A stretch of DNA of 64,000 nucleotides. Origin: the human T2T-CHM13v2.0 reference genome, Homo sapiens. Location: NCBI RefSeq assembly GCF_009914755.1, contig NC_060928.1; one strand, written 5' to 3'. The notes below the pieces were generated by a model. It was not told the DNA's origin, did no database searches, and worked only from the letters and a program-made list of their open reading frames with translations. Shown here one piece after another: positions 15,726 through 35,725 of the stretch. The translations under genes and the position numbers were made by a program. Position 1 is the stretch's first letter. The number at the start of each line of letters is the position of its first letter.

Positions 15726-16020
15726 ACAAGGTCTTTCTACCCATCTCAGTGTCTCGAGTCTCTATGTGCCTGGCACAGAGTGGGCCCTCAACACACCTGT
15801 AGAATGAATATAGGTGAATGAAAATTAAAGTCTCCTTTGGACATTTATTGACTGTTTTCATAGAAGCTATTCCTATCTAAATGTTTTCATTTCTCAAGAG
15901 TACATTCAATGTGGCTCATCTTACAAATGTAAGGAAAATTGGGTGTCTTATGTGACAGTGCTTCTATTTGATGTATGGGACATTTGATTTTCCATGTTCT
16001 TCTTTCCTGTCTTCATGCAG

Positions 16021-16122
16021 CATGGTGAGCAGTGGAGCGAAAATGCCTGCACCACGTGTATATGTGACCGGGGTGAGGTCAGGTGTCACAAGCAGGCCTG
16101 CCTGCCCCTGAGATGCGGAAAG
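16021..16122 (+). CDS. FRAS1: FRAS1 exon 8 (102 nt, phase 0-0), HGEQWSENACTTCICDRGEVRCHKQACLPLRCGK
   Basis: Pyrimidine tract plus CAG ending at 16020; donor AAG|GTATTT. Confidence 0.96.
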
Positions 16123-16427
16123 GTATTTGAGAGTGTGTACCTTACTTGTTTAAGCTCTTTTCTGGGTCATTTAAGGAATGCACTTCTTATTCTGGTGTGT
16201 CCTTTGGGGGAATCAAAAGTTTTATAATGTTTGCAAAGTTACATAAAGATATGAAGGCTCTGCTTCCTAGGAAGAAGGGTTGAGGTGCAAGGGACCCTGC
16301 CCATCGTGGGTCGGGCCAGAGAAAGAGCCATGTAGAGCTTTGGTATTTTGGGTCCTCCTGCCTCTGTTGGCTTGGGTGTTTCACCGTCTCCTGAGGACTG
16401 CCCCTCACCTTCCTCTCTGTGTCCTAG

Positions 16428-16619
16428 GGTCAGAGCAGGGCTCGGCGTCATGGGCAATGCTGTGAGGAATGTGTGTCTCCTGCCGGGAGCTGCTCCTATG
16501 ATGGAGTTGTGCGGTACCAGGACGAAATGTGGAAGGGCTCGGCCTGTGAGTTCTGCATGTGTGATCATGGCCAAGTGACCTGCCAGACTGGAGAGTGTGC
16601 CAAAGTGGAGTGTGCCCGG
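16428..16619 (+). CDS. FRAS1: FRAS1 exon 9 (192 nt, phase 0-0), GQSRARRHGQCCEEC...CAKVECAR
   Basis: Acceptor gtgtcctag; donor CGG|GTAAGA; VWC cysteine pattern. Confidence 0.96.
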
Positions 16620-19600
16620 GTAAGAAGCAGGGGCATTTCCATTTGGAACGTTGCAGCTCTTTCCAACGGGATAGTGAGGGGTCCTGCCTGTTCTTTACTT
16701 CTTGGCAGCAGCAGGGATGTCCACATTGACTTCTCACACTTCATAGGACCTTCTAGTGTAAAGCTTCCGTGGTATAAAATGAATGTCACTGTTTGTTCAG
16801 ACTAGCTCAGAACAGCCCCCTGGATCTTTTAGCTCTCAGTACATCTGGTCAAATTGGAAGCCCCGAGCCAGAGACATGAAAGGGAAGGACATGATATGGG
16901 ACATTAGCCTATCAGGCAGCGCAGCTGGATCTCATTGCTGATGGCCTGCCCAGTTCTCCCCGGCTGTGAAACAGGGTCCACAGGTGTGCTGGTGGCCGGG
17001 CTCTTGCTGTAGGCCCCACTGACAGCATTTAGCAGAACGAGAGCCAGCACAGAGGGGCCGCTTCCGTGGATCAGGAAAAAACATAACATGCTTTTTGTTT
17101 TTAAGAGAGAGCAAAGGGGACCTTATAAACAATTAACTCCATTGACCTCTGTTAACCTCTGCTGTCTGCAGAATTTCTAGAAGCTTCTAACAAAGCAGCC
17201 TCTGTTTGGACTATAGATGTACTGTATGTTGGAGGGAAATGACTTTTTTTTTCCTCTTTGAACTTGATTTTGACCCATTACAAAACAAATTGCTTTTAAA
17301 GTTGTCTCCGTCTCTCTCACTGCTCCCTTCCGCCCCACCAATTTCCCTGTGGGCCGTGAACTTGAGTAGATGAGGGAAATTAGAAAGATCTGGAGCCCTG
17401 GGTTTCTGTGAAGGTATTTTTCTTTCTAGTTCTTCTCCCCCACTTCTCAGCTCCTCTTAACCCTGAGCCTAAGGAGGAACAACCTTTCAGACATGGCTGT
17501 CATCGGCAGGGTTATTTTTCAACTTGCCTCCTACTTGTAGGTCTTGACAGAGTTGAGACATATTTAGGTAAAGAGGGTCTTGCTTTTTGCAGATTTATTT
17601 CCCCTTAGATGCCTTTTCATTTATTTTCTTTATGTTAGAGGAATCAGGGTGATTGGATGAAGATGAGAAGAAAACCTAATCAGGGCCCTTTTTTGTTGTC
17701 TCTGTCGGGCTGAGGCTGGGCTTCCCTGCCTCGGCAGTCTGCCCAGAGGATCTCATTTTATTAAGGACTTAATTTATCTAACATCCTAGAATTTATGAAA
17801 AAATGTGGGAGAGGAGATTCTGGTAGGGTGGGCCCTTTAACCACCTAATTTCAGTCAGATCTGAACAAAGAGTCTCAGTCACAGAAAATTGTTTAGCACA
17901 TATCCCTAGCATTTCTGCATTTCCATGTGCCTGTCTGCTGCTGTCGGCTGTGACACCTGGCTATCATGGCATGAGCCAGGCATTCTTGGCTATTCTTAGG
18001 GAATATGGGGATTAGCTGCCAAAGTGGAGAGCACTTCAGTATTCAAGTCACCCCATAACACCGTCTCATTCCTTTCTAGTTACTTCCACTCCACTGCCAT
18101 CTTTTCTTTTATGAATTGAGGAGTTCTGATGCCTCACCTATTTCTCCAGATCTTTAACCAGCTAAATTGTTTTCTTCCATATTACTTCCATGTTTCCCAA
18201 GTTTTGTTTAAAGCCCTGGGTTCTAAACTAGAAACTCTCCCAGAATTGAAATTTTAACCAACATTGACTCTGATGAAACATATCTCTTAGCCTTCTTTAT
18301 ATGCCATACTTCTGTTGACCTTGTTAAAGCCTGGATGTACTAACTTCCTAACTTCGGCTTAGCTTGTATCCCTGGTGATAAAAAGATGAATAAGGCTCGT
18401 TATGACCTTAAGAGTTTCCAGGCTTTTTGGGAAGTCAGATATGTAAGCAAAAATTATAACACAGTGTGGCACCAATGGAAATATGAGTTAAATATATTAG
18501 GAGCTCCCGGAGGAAATGACTATGTCTGCCAAGGGGCACAGTGGAAGTGCCCTTTTGATATTTTTATTCAGTTCTACCCCACTTTCTGCCTGCCTCCTTC
18601 TCTAAAATATCAAGGTCATTTTGATTTCTGATCTTGGATACCAAGGATGGATTAAGTGTAAGTGCAATGCACATCAGAAAGCCACAGAGAAGTTAATTTT
18701 TAAAAGAAGAGGCAAAGGTGTGCAGCTTCACCGTTGTCTTCATTATCACACTGGTTATCAACAGCAATGTTCTGAATAGCATTAAAATCAGCATACAGTT
18801 TTTGTTGTTGTTAAAAAAGAAGAAAATGGCCTGGTCTTTGTCTTTGCTATATTCCACCAAATCTCTAAACATTGAAACATAAACAAATCAATGATAGGCT
18901 AGCACAATATAATGATTTTCATATTTCTAGATTTAATGATGTCTTTGAACCTTAATTCAGGTGAAGAAGTCAAATTACCTTTTGAAGAAGAGGACCTAGC
19001 ATTCACATCTGAAGCATAAAATGGAATGGGGAAAATTGAAGCTTGGAGCAAAATGCATAGGAGAGGGTAGGCGCGTGGTAAATGTGAGCTGCCATTCCCT
19101 GCTCCAGTGGAGGCAGTTTCCCTCAAAAGAGTGTTTCCTTTTCCAATGAGCAAGTTAGCCCAGTCTTAGTCGTTGGTCTGGTGGCTGTAGGTATGATTAG
19201 GTGGGGAAAGGGTAGAGATTCTGTCTGGCCTATGCAACAGAATCCTCTTAAAAAGGAAAGAATTTGTTTGTTTCTGAAAGCAATTTTAGTCAAAAGTCAA
19301 ATACTAATTGGAGTGAACTCCCCACTGCAGTGAACTGATGTGGTTTGGGGCATTGAGGCTGCTTCTATAAATAGAAGAGCTATTTGAAACTTCCCACCTC
19401 ACCAAAACTGAATCCTTGTGCCCCAGGAGCAGCGCTTGCTGTTACTTACAATGATGTTTGAAGGTCAACAGCCTTTCTGTTGCACAGGCCTTACTGTTTC
19501 TATACCTTCCCTACCTAATCATACCTACATCCACCAGTCCAAAGACTGAGATTGGACTAACTAACCTGCTCATCAGAAAAAGGAAACACTCTTTTGAGGA

Positions 19601-20465
19601 TATTTGCCTCCAGTGGAGCAGGGCAAGGCAGCTCACATTTATGGAGTGCCTACCCTCTTCTGTGTATTTTGCTATAAGCTTTAATTTCCCTCCCACAATT
19701 TTTTCAATACCAGCCACCGCCCCCCGCCACCCCGCCCCCCCGCCACCACCACCACCCCAGCCACTTTCTTTGCCTCATTTAGGTGATAGGGAGTCACTTT
19801 TCAGTTTTGTCTGTATGTATTTTAGTGGACACTCAAGAATCTCTCATGTGTTTTGTCTTTTACAGAAGTATGCATAGTCAGTCTTGTTTCAAAACATTGT
19901 TTTAAGTGACTTACATTACATGCATATCAACTCTTTTATATGCTTTGAAAGCCAAATTCAGTGTTTCTGGGTTATGCCTTCACTACCAACTGATTTGTCA
20001 CATTTCTGCAAAATAATTTATATGTAAATGCATCTGCTTTCTATAGCACCCACTGCTGCCTATTGGCCTCTGACTGACATGAAATTTTGATGGACAGTAA
20101 TCTATATAACTCCAAAATAATTATAATCATTTATGTATTTTTGTGTTTCCTCTAAGCGTTTAGATTTTCTCTCAGTAAAATAACACATATTCATTCTAGA
20201 AAATTTTGAAGGCTCAAGAAAAGTAGAAAAGAGACTTAAAAATCCATCTATAATGCTACCAAAGACATCCAGTGCATCCAGAGACAACCAATGCTTCCAT
20301 AATATTTGTCATTAGTATAGTGTTTTTAAACAAAATATCATTATGATTATTCTGTTTATGCAAATTTATATTATTCATTTTCATTTAACATGGTTTCTAC
20401 ACTTTTAAATATAATACAGGCCCCAAATTAAATATTAAATATTTAGAGAAACATTACCATTCTTT

Positions 20466-26650
<6,185 letters not shown>

Positions 26651-27004
26651 CCATTCTTTAGAAAGTAGATATGTCTTTTGAAAGTGAAAAGTACTTTAAA
26701 GAATACTCTTTAGGCTACAGATATTATATGTTAGTATAGAATACTAACATATAGATCAGATGTTAGTGTATACACATGAAAAACAGCAGATTTTCTGGGA
26801 GATGGGACTTCAGTGGAATTACACTTTCTAAATTATAGAATTGCAAATTATTTACATTTTTACAGCAAGCATTTATTATTTTGTAAAAAAATAAAAATTT
26901 TAAAATTATTGATATTGGGAAATGAAAATGATAAGACTTGGAAAGTTAAATATCTACCCTGCAAACGTGGCAGGGTAGATAAATTAAAAGTATTCCACTT
27001 ATAA

Positions 27005-27284
<280 letters not shown>

Positions 27285-27840
27285 ATCCTCTTATTATTTT
27301 AAGAATAGTTTTGATATGAGTTGGCTAACAGTAAGAGTTTCAGAATACTGAGTAAAATTTAGTTTTCTACTGCTTAATTTATGCTTAAGACTACATCTGT
27401 ACATACAGGGATGCATCTGATTTTGTATTCAGGGAAAAGTGGTGGTTTGATTTGAGCACTGTTAATGAAACTAAAGTCACAAATTGTGTGTTTAAGGTAG
27501 TGTGATCCTTTTCTGAAACTCATAACTTTCCTAGACTATAACATTAACCTTGGTCTTCCTTCTTATTCATGTGAGCTCCTGGTCATGGGTAGAAAATTAT
27601 GGAGGGATCAGAGCATAACAGATCATAACAGGAAAGAAAAAGCACATGGAGGAGTGTGCTGTGTGGACTACACTTCCTATTGGAAGACAGGACAGGGGGA
27701 GATGAAACAGGCAGAGGGCCAGAGCCAACAGTGTGCCAGCGTTTCTTATTCCAGTCAGGGAACCCAACTGCTTCTCAATTTAGCCCTGCTACCTGGAGAT
27801 GTTAATTTGATATGTGCCACTGCAACCCTTATTTCTACAG

Positions 27841-27930
27841 GATGAAGAATTAATTCACTTAGATGGAAAGTGTTGTCCTGAATGCATTTCAAGGAATGGT
27901 TATTGTGTTTATGAAGAAACTGGAGAATTT
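27841..27930 (+). CDS. FRAS1: FRAS1 exon 10 (90 nt, phase 0-0), DEELIHLDGKCCPECISRNGYCVYEETGEF
   Basis: Acceptor tttctacag; donor TTT|GTGAGT; CCPEC motif. Confidence 0.95.
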
Positions 27931-28017
27931 GTGAGTATCAGGCTTATAACCGAAGATGATTTCAAATTAATTCAAAATTAATCTAATGAGGGAACATTAC
28001 CTTCTTGTTTCTTTTGC

Positions 28018-28800
28018 CCATTCATTTGTTCAACAAATGTTATTGTGCACCTACTGTACAACAGGCTCTGGGGACACAGAAGGGAATACAACAGGCAGAG
28101 TTCCTGCTGTCTTGGTAGGGCATACTTTGTAGTATAGGGACACAGAAAACACACACACACATCTCCCACACATACTACACATCAGGTGCTGAGGAGCACT
28201 ACATAGAAGAATAAAACAGTGCAAGTGGGCTAGACAGTAGCTGCACAGGATGGTGGGGTGTGGGGGATGTGTTCCTTTACATAAAATGGTGAGGAGGTTT
28301 CTCTTACAGAAAACTTTGAGCAGAGCCTGAAGGGAGGGAGCCGCATGAATGTCTAGGAGGAAACATACCAGGAATAGGGATCAGGAAATGCAAAGGCACT
28401 GAGACGCAAGTGTGTTTGGCACGTTCAAGAAATTGGAGTCTGGTAGGAACTTAGTGAATGAGGGAGAAAGGCATTGGCCATGAGGTCTAGTAAGTAGCCT
28501 GGAGGCCACAGTCTTTTACCCTGAGGCAAATGGGAGCTGCTGGGGAGTTTTGAGCAGAAGAGCGCTGGGCTCTCACTTAACTCATGACAGGACCACTTTG
28601 GCTGCTGCATGGGTGAGTGACAGAAGGAAATGAGACTGGAGGTAGGCAACCTGGTTGGTGGGGTTTTGTAATGGTCCTGGCAAAGGGCAATGGTGGCTTG
28701 GTCTAGGCAGGAAGTGGCACATTTGGTAAAAAGTGAACAGGCTCTAGATTTATTCTGCAGGTAGCAGTGACTGGATTTTGTTTGATTAGATGAGGGGCAA
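28018..28800 (-). mobile_element. L2 fragment
   Basis: cattcatttgttcaacaaatg...cacctactg tail; caaaggcactgag; ggaccactttggctgctg. Confidence 0.8.
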
Positions 28801-29015
28801 AACTCTATTTACTAAGGTTTTATTTTGCCCTGTGTCTGCACTTTTTTATTACCTAAAGGAAATATATTTATCTTAATCTTTTCAAATTTTCCCTATTTAT
28901 GTAGCCCATATTTTTCATGTTGGGTATTGGAATGTTGATAAATTCATTATGTTTTTAAAAATATGCCAGTTGATCATAAAAACAACTGCTTCTTTGACCA
29001 GTCAGAATAGGATTA

Positions 29016-29715
29016 CAGTAGTCCCCACTTACCACAGAATATGTGCCAAGGCCCCCAGTGGATGCTTGAAACTGTGAATAGTACTGATCCTGATTGGCAT
29101 CAGTTGAAACAAATTTCTGTTCATGTTTTCCACCGACACAGTTAATGCCTTTTCCATCTTAACTAGCCACTTATCACACACTATGGCTGTAACTTTCACA
29201 GTTTGAGATGCAACAGCAGAACTAGCACACATTTGTTTTTACTTCTTCACAGTTTCATAGAAAGATTTATTCTCACCTTAGACCTTAACAACCTCACATA
29301 ATTTTTTTCTTTTCTTATTAAGTCAAGAACTTTCATCTCTTCACTTAAAGGAAGTACTTTGCAGCTTCTCTTTGGCATATTCAAGTTGCCAGCATCACTA
29401 CTCTTGGATTTTGGGCATTATTAAGTAAAATAAGAGTTACTTGAACATAAGCACTGTGATACTGAGACAGTGGCTCTGATAACCAAGATGGCTACTGAAT
29501 AACTGGCGGGTGGCATCTACAGCATGGATATGCTGGACAAAGGAAGGACTCCAGGTCCTGGGCAAGATGGAGCAGGACAACTTGAGATTTTTTTCACCCT
29601 ACTTAGAATGGCATGCAATTAAAAACTGATGAATTTTTTATTTCTTGAATTTTCCATTTAGTATTTTCCCAACATAGTTGACTGGGGTTAACTGAAACTG
29701 CAGGAAGTGAAACAT
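29016..29715 (+). mobile_element. MER44/Tigger7-derived DNA transposon
   Basis: TA plus cagtagtcccc terminal repeat; cccccagtggatgcttgaaac; distal taactgaaactgc. Strand and right boundary uncertain. Confidence 0.75.
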
Positions 29716-29834
29716 GTATATGAATTAGGGATAAGGAGTTTGACTGGTAAACTGATTCCTCCATACTTTTTTTTTTTTTTTTGATTTGGGTAAATTACAT
29801 CTGTCAACCTTCCAGTGTTTCTGTACATTCTGGG

Positions 29835-30055
29835 GAGGCAGTATTGTGTAGTGTTAACAGTGCAGACTCTAGGTTCAAATCTCTACTTTGCTGTGTACTG
29901 TAATCTTCGGCAAGTTACTTAATCCTCAGTGTAAACTAGCGATAACAATAGGACTTACCGCATGAGGCTGTAGAGATGTTATGTGTGAAGCACTTAGAAC
30001 AGTGCTTTCTTGGCACATTTTTTAAAAAAGCTGAGAACATTGGCATTATTATTAT
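29835..30055 (+). mobile_element. MIR
   Basis: aggcagtattgtgtagtg...ggttcaaat...ggcaagttacttaa...aagcacttagaacagtgc. Confidence 0.8.
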
Positions 30056-30583
30056 TTTGCTGTTGGCATTGTTTCCTAGTGGTAGATCACACTTTAGTCA
30101 TCCTCATTTCTTAAGAATTTAGGAGGTTTTAAAGCCTCCCTATAAATATTGAATTTATATTTTCTCAATCATAGTATCAATTTTCCTACTCATTTTTGGA
30201 GATAAACTCAGTGAAATTAAAGAAAACAAAGTTATTTTAAATAAGTACAAATCTCCATCATGCTCTGGCACCATGCAAAATTCAAGAATTTGCCCTTGCA
30301 AGTTTAGGTCCCTTGAGCATAAAGTCCTTAGTATTGAGGGGAATTGAAACCAAGTACTCAGGCACAAAGTGAGAATTCAGAAATATTTCCTAGGCACGTT
30401 GATTTCACCTCAGATTAGTATGCTTTTCTTGTTTTTTATAAGATAGATTTCATCTCTATTCATAACCAGTGAATAAAGTTGCATGTTCCTTGGGAAAAAT
30501 GGATAACTCCTAATGAAAAAATAAAATAATCAGCCTAATGGTGTTTTTAGTGGCATAATAAAGACATTTCTCTTTGTTCCTAG

Positions 30584-30619
30584 ATGTCATCAAATGCTAG
30601 TGAAGTTAAACGTATTCCA
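30584..30619 (+). CDS. FRAS1: FRAS1 exon 11, 36-nt microexon (phase 0-0), MSSNASEVKRIP
   Basis: Acceptor tttctctttgttcctag; donor CCA|GTAAGT; peptide matches the FRAS1 sequence as I recall it. Confidence 0.9.
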
Positions 30620-32004
30620 GTAAGTATAGCTTTTTAACTTGCACGTAGATCATTATAAAATTGTTTTATGTAATGATCTGCATGAAATATCATGGGGAAA
30701 CTTAGGACCTTAGTATTTTTAACAGCCACATTTGATGGCACTATGATCAGGAATTAAGAATCTTAATGATAACTCAGACTTTGATGCATTGAACTTTTGC
30801 TCTTTAGCCAGTTGTTTTATGCAGTTGATAATTAATACTTCTCTAACCACAAGCTCCTACATAGATTCTTTCCCTTTCTTGTGATGTTTTTCTCTCCCTG
30901 ATTCTTTTCTGGCCTAGAAAACTCAGTTTAACCATCAGTAGAGTTTTATGTACTGCAAAGTGCTGAAGAAAGAGCTTCTTGGGTTTGCAAGCATTCATTC
31001 CCCAAACAATCTCAAGTTTATTCTCTCCAGGTTGTCTACAGGACAATGTTATATGGTTTCTTTCAAAGGGAAAATGCAAGCGTTTAACACAGCAATCTTA
31101 CAATAAGGGGTCTGATCTCAAGACGGGTCCGCTTTCAAATGGAAGAAAAGCACTTCTGCCTTCTCAAGATAGTATTGCTCACTTTTCTAACACTTAATGT
31201 TCATTCTGCTAAATACCGTCACATTAATTGTTTGAAATGTTTAATGTCTGTTGGCTTAATAAGCGTTTTATAAAATTGTTACTTTAAAATCTGCTCTCCT
31301 GTTTTCTCCTGTTTCACCTCCCTCATCACCCCAATACCTTCTGGTAAGAAGCTCTGTCTCTTTCCTGTTAGCAAAAATGAATTGTTCTTTACAATTCAAT
31401 TTGGGTTCTCTGCCGACTACTAATGTTTATTTTCGTAATTTGCTTGGCTGAAAAAGGTATTTTAGTGTGTGAAAGCTTAGGGCACATCTACAGCCCATTA
31501 AAAGTAGGCCTGCAAAAGTCTTAATTTTTAGAATACAATGACTCAACTGTTAACTCTTACTGTGGTAACCATAGGGAAATTCAGGTTTTTAGCCAAGTGT
31601 CCCACTGTTATTTTAGAGATTGTATTTAACTCACCTGCTAATCACCAGCTACACAGTAATCTCCTTTGATGTTTTTGGTGAAAGAGGTTGAGAAACAAGT
31701 TTTAAATGCCTTTTACATATTCTGTTAGTCCTAGAATACTTTCACAGCTTATCTCTGAGTGTGCCTAAAATCTTTCGGCTGGTTCTCTACATTGAAGTAA
31801 ACCCATTATGAACAAAGAAAGATAAATTCTGTGTTTTAAATTTAGGACTCTTTTGCTATTGTTCTGTTTCAGAGTTAGATTTGGCAGAGTACTGATTAGC
31901 TGCCTTCACTTTGTTCTTATGGAAATTGTAAGTTCTTCAGCAGCAAGCTCTCTTCTGAATTACTGCATCCTGATGACAATGCTGTTCTTCACTTTTTTGC
32001 GTAG

Positions 32005-32152
32005 GAGGGAGAGAAGTGGGAAGATGGCCCTTGCAAGGTGTGTGAGTGCCGAGGGGCTCAGGTAACTTGCTACGAGCCCTCTTGCCCACCATGTCCAGTG
32101 GGCACACTGGCCTTAGAGGTGAAGGGACAGTGCTGTCCAGACTGCACATCAG
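32005..32152 (+). CDS. FRAS1: FRAS1 exon 12 (148 nt, phase 0-1), EGEKWEDGPCKVCEC...QCCPDCTS
   Basis: Acceptor ttttttgcgtag; donor CAG|GTGGGT; last VWC repeat. Confidence 0.95.
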
Positions 32153-33413
32153 GTGGGTCCATGTCTCCTCTGTTTCTACTGAGATAGTTTTACTGCCAAA
32201 AAGCTCAGAGATCCTCTTCCCCACCCCCTTGCTTCTTTTTATTTTTATTTTTAGTTAACCAATGGGTTTGTTTGTTTCTTCATAATTTTTCTAACAAATG
32301 ATGCTAATTAATCTTTGTCTGTGTAATTGCCAAACTCAACAGATTATGAGCATGTGACCTTGGGCAAGTCATTGACCCTCTTTAAACCTTAATTTTCTTG
32401 TTGATAAAATATGCCTTATGTATCTTGCAAAATTATTGTGAAAATCAAGCAACATGTTTGAAGACTTGTAAAGGTAAATCTGTCTTCCATTGTTCAAAAT
32501 ATAAGAATAATTTCTCAACATTTGTTATGGGTGTTCTTTGTTCTTAAGGTGAGCTATTGAACAGATGGTTCCTTTTGGAGTTCTCAAATGGGTTTTTAAA
32601 GTGTAAAGACTCATTAGTTTTTTCCAAAAGATAATTTTGTCTACTTGTTCTGCAATTCTGCTTTCAAATCACCTGGGGTTGAATTAGTTCCAGTTAATAA
32701 TTGTTGGCAGGCACTGGAGTTGCTCTGGTTGAGTAGTAGTTTGCCTATAAGTTTAGTCTCTCTTGGAGAAGTGGCATTTTCTTCCATTCATATTTCATAA
32801 TTAATTGTTTTCATTCATGGGCCATAATTTTCATATTGGCAGTTGCTCTTGTTGCACTCAGCTTATTTTGGCTAATTGCAGTATTTTTGTGAAGAGTTTA
32901 TCAAGGAAAAAGCAAAGCAACTTTATGGCTTAATTATGTTACCTACACCAAAGTGGCTCTCTGGGCTTTCCAAAACAAACATTTAGCATATTATTATGCA
33001 CTATATATATTGAAAATCAGGTCCTTGACAACTTCAAAACCTGAAAAAAGAAGTCCCTTGCTGATAATTACCACTAAATTCAGTGATAACCCCAATTACT
33101 GAAAATGAGATTTGAAATTTTGGAGAAAAAGAAGAAAATGGGGTGCATTTTTCTTAGATAAAAATAACTATTTTTCAACATTGTGGGTTTTATGTCTGAA
33201 CTGTTTGTACATGTTGAAGCTTAAGAAGAACATCGGAGGTATCATAAATTATTGAATCTGTTTAAATAATACATTATGGAAGTAGTCATTCCTGTTTCTT
33301 GAAGTATTCCAGCAGGTAGAGGCTGTTCTTTTAGTATCTTCATGCTGGGGCTATGGGAGACAGTGATGAATTTCAGACAAGGAAAACTTCCTTGCAATCT
33401 TGCATTGGAATGT

Positions 33414-33438
33414 ATTTTTTTTTTTTTTTTTTTTTTTT
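33414..33438. repeat. Poly(T) tract (about 25 nt)
   Basis: Directly visible. Confidence 0.9.
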
Positions 33439-33590
33439 GCTATTTAGGAGGCTTTTTCCTAAGTCCCACAGTTTTCTGTTCTTCATGTTCTATGTAATGC
33501 TACATACTTTGTAGATTCTTTTCTGAAGGATGTAAGAGAAATAATAGATGGAGTTCACAGAGTTCTCCCCTTCTTTGTCCTTGATTTCAG

Positions 33591-33734
33591 TTCATTGCCA
33601 TCCAGATTGTTTGACATGCTCTCAGTCTCCAGACCACTGTGACCTCTGCCAAGATCCTACCAAGTTACTGCAGAATGGATGGTGTGTGCACAGCTGTGGA
33701 CTGGGTTTTTACCAAGCTGGCAGTCTCTGTTTAG
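33591..33734 (+). CDS. FRAS1: FRAS1 exon 13 (144 nt, phase 1-1), furin-like repeat (V)HCHPDCLTC...GFYQAGSLCL
   Basis: Acceptor ttgatttcag; donor TAG|GTATGG; CxxxCxxC...CxxxCxxGFY furin-like pattern. Confidence 0.96.
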
Positions 33735-34386
33735 GTATGGCTCCAAGTGGACAACCCAGAGGTGGTGGTGTGTGGGAGATAGACTCATCAAAGGTTGTGA
33801 TTCTTAAACTGAGGCTCAGTATTGTCAAGGAGGGGGTCATGCATGCAGCATGTTTTTGAGATGCACAACATCTAAAAACCTCTAGAAGGTAGTAATGTCA
33901 TCTATAGGTTACTTGCCCTCTCTACCTGCAGGTCTTTTTTTCTGACATTTTATAGGTATTTTGGTGCTTATTGGAAGACAGGTGATGTGGAGGTTGTTAG
34001 GTAGTCATAGTTAAATATTTTTATTTTTGAAGACTTTCAAGGATAGTAATATCAGGATACCTGGGCTCATTTCTTAAAGCACTCAATTAATCCGGGATAG
34101 AAACTTAGAATTGACATAGACCTTCAAGATCATTTACTGCAACTTTCTAATTTTGCAAATGGGGAATCTGTAGGCCAGAGAAATTAACCAACTTGCTCAA
34201 TATCAAACAGATAGTTGGTAATAGAGCTTATCTCTTATGGGCTACCAGAGGATCCAGAATGGGTTTATGTGCATTTCTGGATGCTACATCTGAGAAGAAC
34301 TTACTTGGGAGAGTTGACTTGGTTGATGTCAAATCCTAGTTACTATTCCCCTTATTTCTGACTTATGATGTTAATTATCCATTTTA

Positions 34387-34917
<531 letters not shown>

Positions 34918-35224
34918 ATCTTCCACATTCTTATCTATAAAGTGAGAGTAATTCCAGTACCTTCCTCAGAGGGTGGTTATAAGGATCAAGTGTTTTGATA
35001 CAGGTTAAGTGCCTAGCCTGATGTCTAGGATACAGTGAAGGATTAATAAGAGTTAGCTGCTTTTATTATTTTTGTAATTATTCACTCCTCCATACTTTCT
35101 TTCCTAATTCATATAATCTTCAACCTTTTTGAAAGTTACTTATATCTCTTTCATACAGTATTGGAAAAGGGGCAAGAGATCTTCTTGCTAAAAGTTTGAG
35201 TGACAAAGATATTGGGGGCTATTG

Positions 35225-35445
35225 GATAAGAGGAAAAGAACATAGACTCCTGAGCCAAACTGCTTGGTTTCAAATGCCAGCCTCATGTGACCATGGGCAA
35301 GTTGTTTAATCTCCCTGAGTCTGTTCCTCATCTGTAAAGTTGGGATTAATAATATCTACCTCCTAGGGTGGTTGTGAGAATTAAATGAATTCATATACGT
35401 AAAGCACTTCAAACAGTGGCTGACATGAACTGTGTGCTATACAGA
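35225..35445 (+). mobile_element. MIR
   Basis: gtgaccatgggcaagttgtttaatctc...ctcatctgtaaag...gttgtgagaattaaatga. Confidence 0.82.
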
Positions 35446-35590
35446 TGATGGCTGTTAAAATTATTTTTCTGCATTTTCTGTTTGGGACCTGGAGCCTCAA
35501 GATTGGGCTGTGTAAGCACTGGCATGGGGGTGGTGTCTTTCAGCTAATCAAATGGTTCCTTTCTCTTTCTTCAACATTATCTGGAGTCAG

Positions 35591-35725
35591 CCTGCCAGCC
35601 CCAGTGCTCCACGTGTACCAGTGGGCTGGAGTGCTCATCCTGCCAGCCTCCCCTGCTGATGCGGCACGGGCAGTGTGTGCCTACCTGTGGGGACGGCTTC
35701 TACCAAGATCGCCATTCCTGTGCAG
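35591..35725 (+). CDS. FRAS1: FRAS1 exon 14 (135 nt, phase 1-1), furin-like repeat (A)CQPQCSTC...GFYQDRHSCA
   Basis: Acceptor CAG ending at 35590; donor CAG|GTAATC; furin-like pattern. Confidence 0.95.

Noticed and set aside
30584-30586. Alternative translation start at the ATG opening exon 11
   Set aside because: It is an internal Met directly after a canonical acceptor, with no promoter evidence nearby.
32002-32007. NAGNAG tandem acceptor (TAG GAG) at exon 12
   Set aside because: A distal GAG is rarely used; the effect would be loss of a single Glu.
33836-33852. p63/p53 response element from clustered CATG words
   Set aside because: Spacing does not fit CWWG-N6-CWWG; better read as RBFOX-type (T)GCATG words downstream of exon 13, without further support.
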